Source: Eledone cirrhosa (taxonomy: Eukaryota). Taken from it: a stretch of 64,000 nucleotides of DNA. The position numbers and the translations under genes are program-made. This document shows positions 63,611-64,000 of the stretch, in pieces. The stretch is taken from NCBI GenBank assembly GCA_964016885.1, contig OZ024740.1:12524001-12588000 (forward strand). The letters run 5' to 3'. The notes beneath the pieces were generated by a model. The model searched no databases and was not told the DNA's origin. It worked only from the letters and a program-made list of their open reading frames with translations. The stretch's first letter is position 1. Every line of letters starts with the position of its first letter.

Positions 63611-64000
63611 TCTAGTCTAATGTCTCTAGTCTAATGTCTTGTCTCTAGTCTAATGTCTTGTCTCTAGTCTAACGTCTTGTCTCTAGTCTAATGTCTCTAG
63701 TCTAATATCTTGTCTCTAGTCTAATGTCTCTAGTCTAATATCTTGTCACTAGTCTAATGTCTCTAGTCTAATATCTTGTCTCTAGTCTAACGTCTTGTCT
63801 CTAGTCTAATGTCTCTAGTCTAATATCTTGTCTCTAGTCTAATGTCTCTAGTCTAATAACTTGTCACTAGTCTAATGTCTCTAGTCTAATGTCTTGTCTC
63901 TAGTCTAATGTCTTGTCTCTAGTCTAATGTCTCTAGTCTAATGTCTTGTCTCTAGTCTAATATCTTGTCTCTAGTCTAATGTCTTGTCTCTAGTCTAATG

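Larger units (their letters stand above)
1..64000. repeat. Composite tandem satellite array of 14-bp (TAGTCTAATGTCTC) and 19-bp (TAGTCTAATRTCTTGTCTC) monomers; truncated by both window edges
   Basis: Seen directly: every line parses as (GTCTAAT [RTCTT] GTCTCTA)n with scattered point variants. The orientation is the same throughout and I saw no non-repeat insertion. Confidence 0.99.
28500..64000. repeat. Right satellite domain marked by ATCGTGTCA(C) and GTCTTTTCTC variants; irregular HOR of about 1.7-2 kb and larger
   Basis: ATCGTGTCA has its CG at 28614, 31977, 33715, 38217, 39966, 41894, 44568, 47134, 48920, 50966, 53919, 58186, 59972 and 62018. I saw no copy left of 28.6 kb. GTCCCTAG and CAAATATCTC were not seen after ~26.9 kb. 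Confidence 0.8.

Noticed and set aside
1-64000. Protein-coding ORFs starting at the many ATGs
   Set aside because: Each monomer has TAG and TAA on the + strand and two TAGs on the - strand. In the frame-preserving 33-bp A+B dimer, stops fall in all six frames, so only tiny ORFs are possible.
1-64000. CRISPR array or repeat-spacer system
   Set aside because: There are no unique spacers. The variable part is only an optional 5-mer and point substitutions, and there is no leader or cas gene.
1-64000. The 14/19 pattern as an information-bearing code or synthetic DNA storage
   Set aside because: The order is accounted for by nested tandem duplication with inherited point variants. Nothing suggests design or a readout mechanism.
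1-64000. Pure sequencing or base-calling artefact
   Set aside because: Rare variants recur in the same order at exact kilobase offsets, and I noticed no random small indels. That pattern fits real, accurately read DNA, although the copy number of the large duplications still needs read support.
1-64000. Canonical telomerase-synthesised telomere tract
   Set aside because: There is no G-rich strand and no GGG runs. Kilobase HORs carrying inherited mutations are not expected from repeated copying of a short RNA template.
1-64000. Helical or nucleosome phasing from 33, 52 and 85-bp sub-periods
   Set aside because: These values follow arithmetically from 14 and 19. There are no phased A-tracts and no independent evidence in the sequence.

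Overview
The whole 64 kb window is one uninterrupted, single-orientation tandem satellite array that runs off both edges. It is built from three main monomers: A = TAGTCTAATGTCTC (14 bp), B = TAGTCTAATGTCTTGTCTC (19 bp) and C = TAGTCTAATATCTTGTCTC (19 bp). My rough estimate is about 3,700-3,800 monomers at about 35% GC, with a T-rich + strand. I found no genes, RNA genes, transposons, CRISPR spacers, inversions or unique sequence. The informative structure lies in rare variant monomers, which act as landmarks. They show a ~1,459 + ~859 bp higher-order repeat (HOR) on the left and a switch of variant repertoire at ~27-28.6 kb. They also show nested tandem duplications of about 137 bp, 921 bp, 1.74 kb, 2.31 kb, 3.35 kb, 4.3-5.2 kb, 9.55 kb and 11-12 kb. 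This looks like eukaryotic heterochromatic satellite DNA (centromeric, pericentromeric or subtelomeric). The organism and function cannot be determined from the sequence, and I cannot support a claim of a new gene-encoded system. Offsets were counted by hand from landmark motifs, and duplication boundaries are approximate (tens to ~100 bp).
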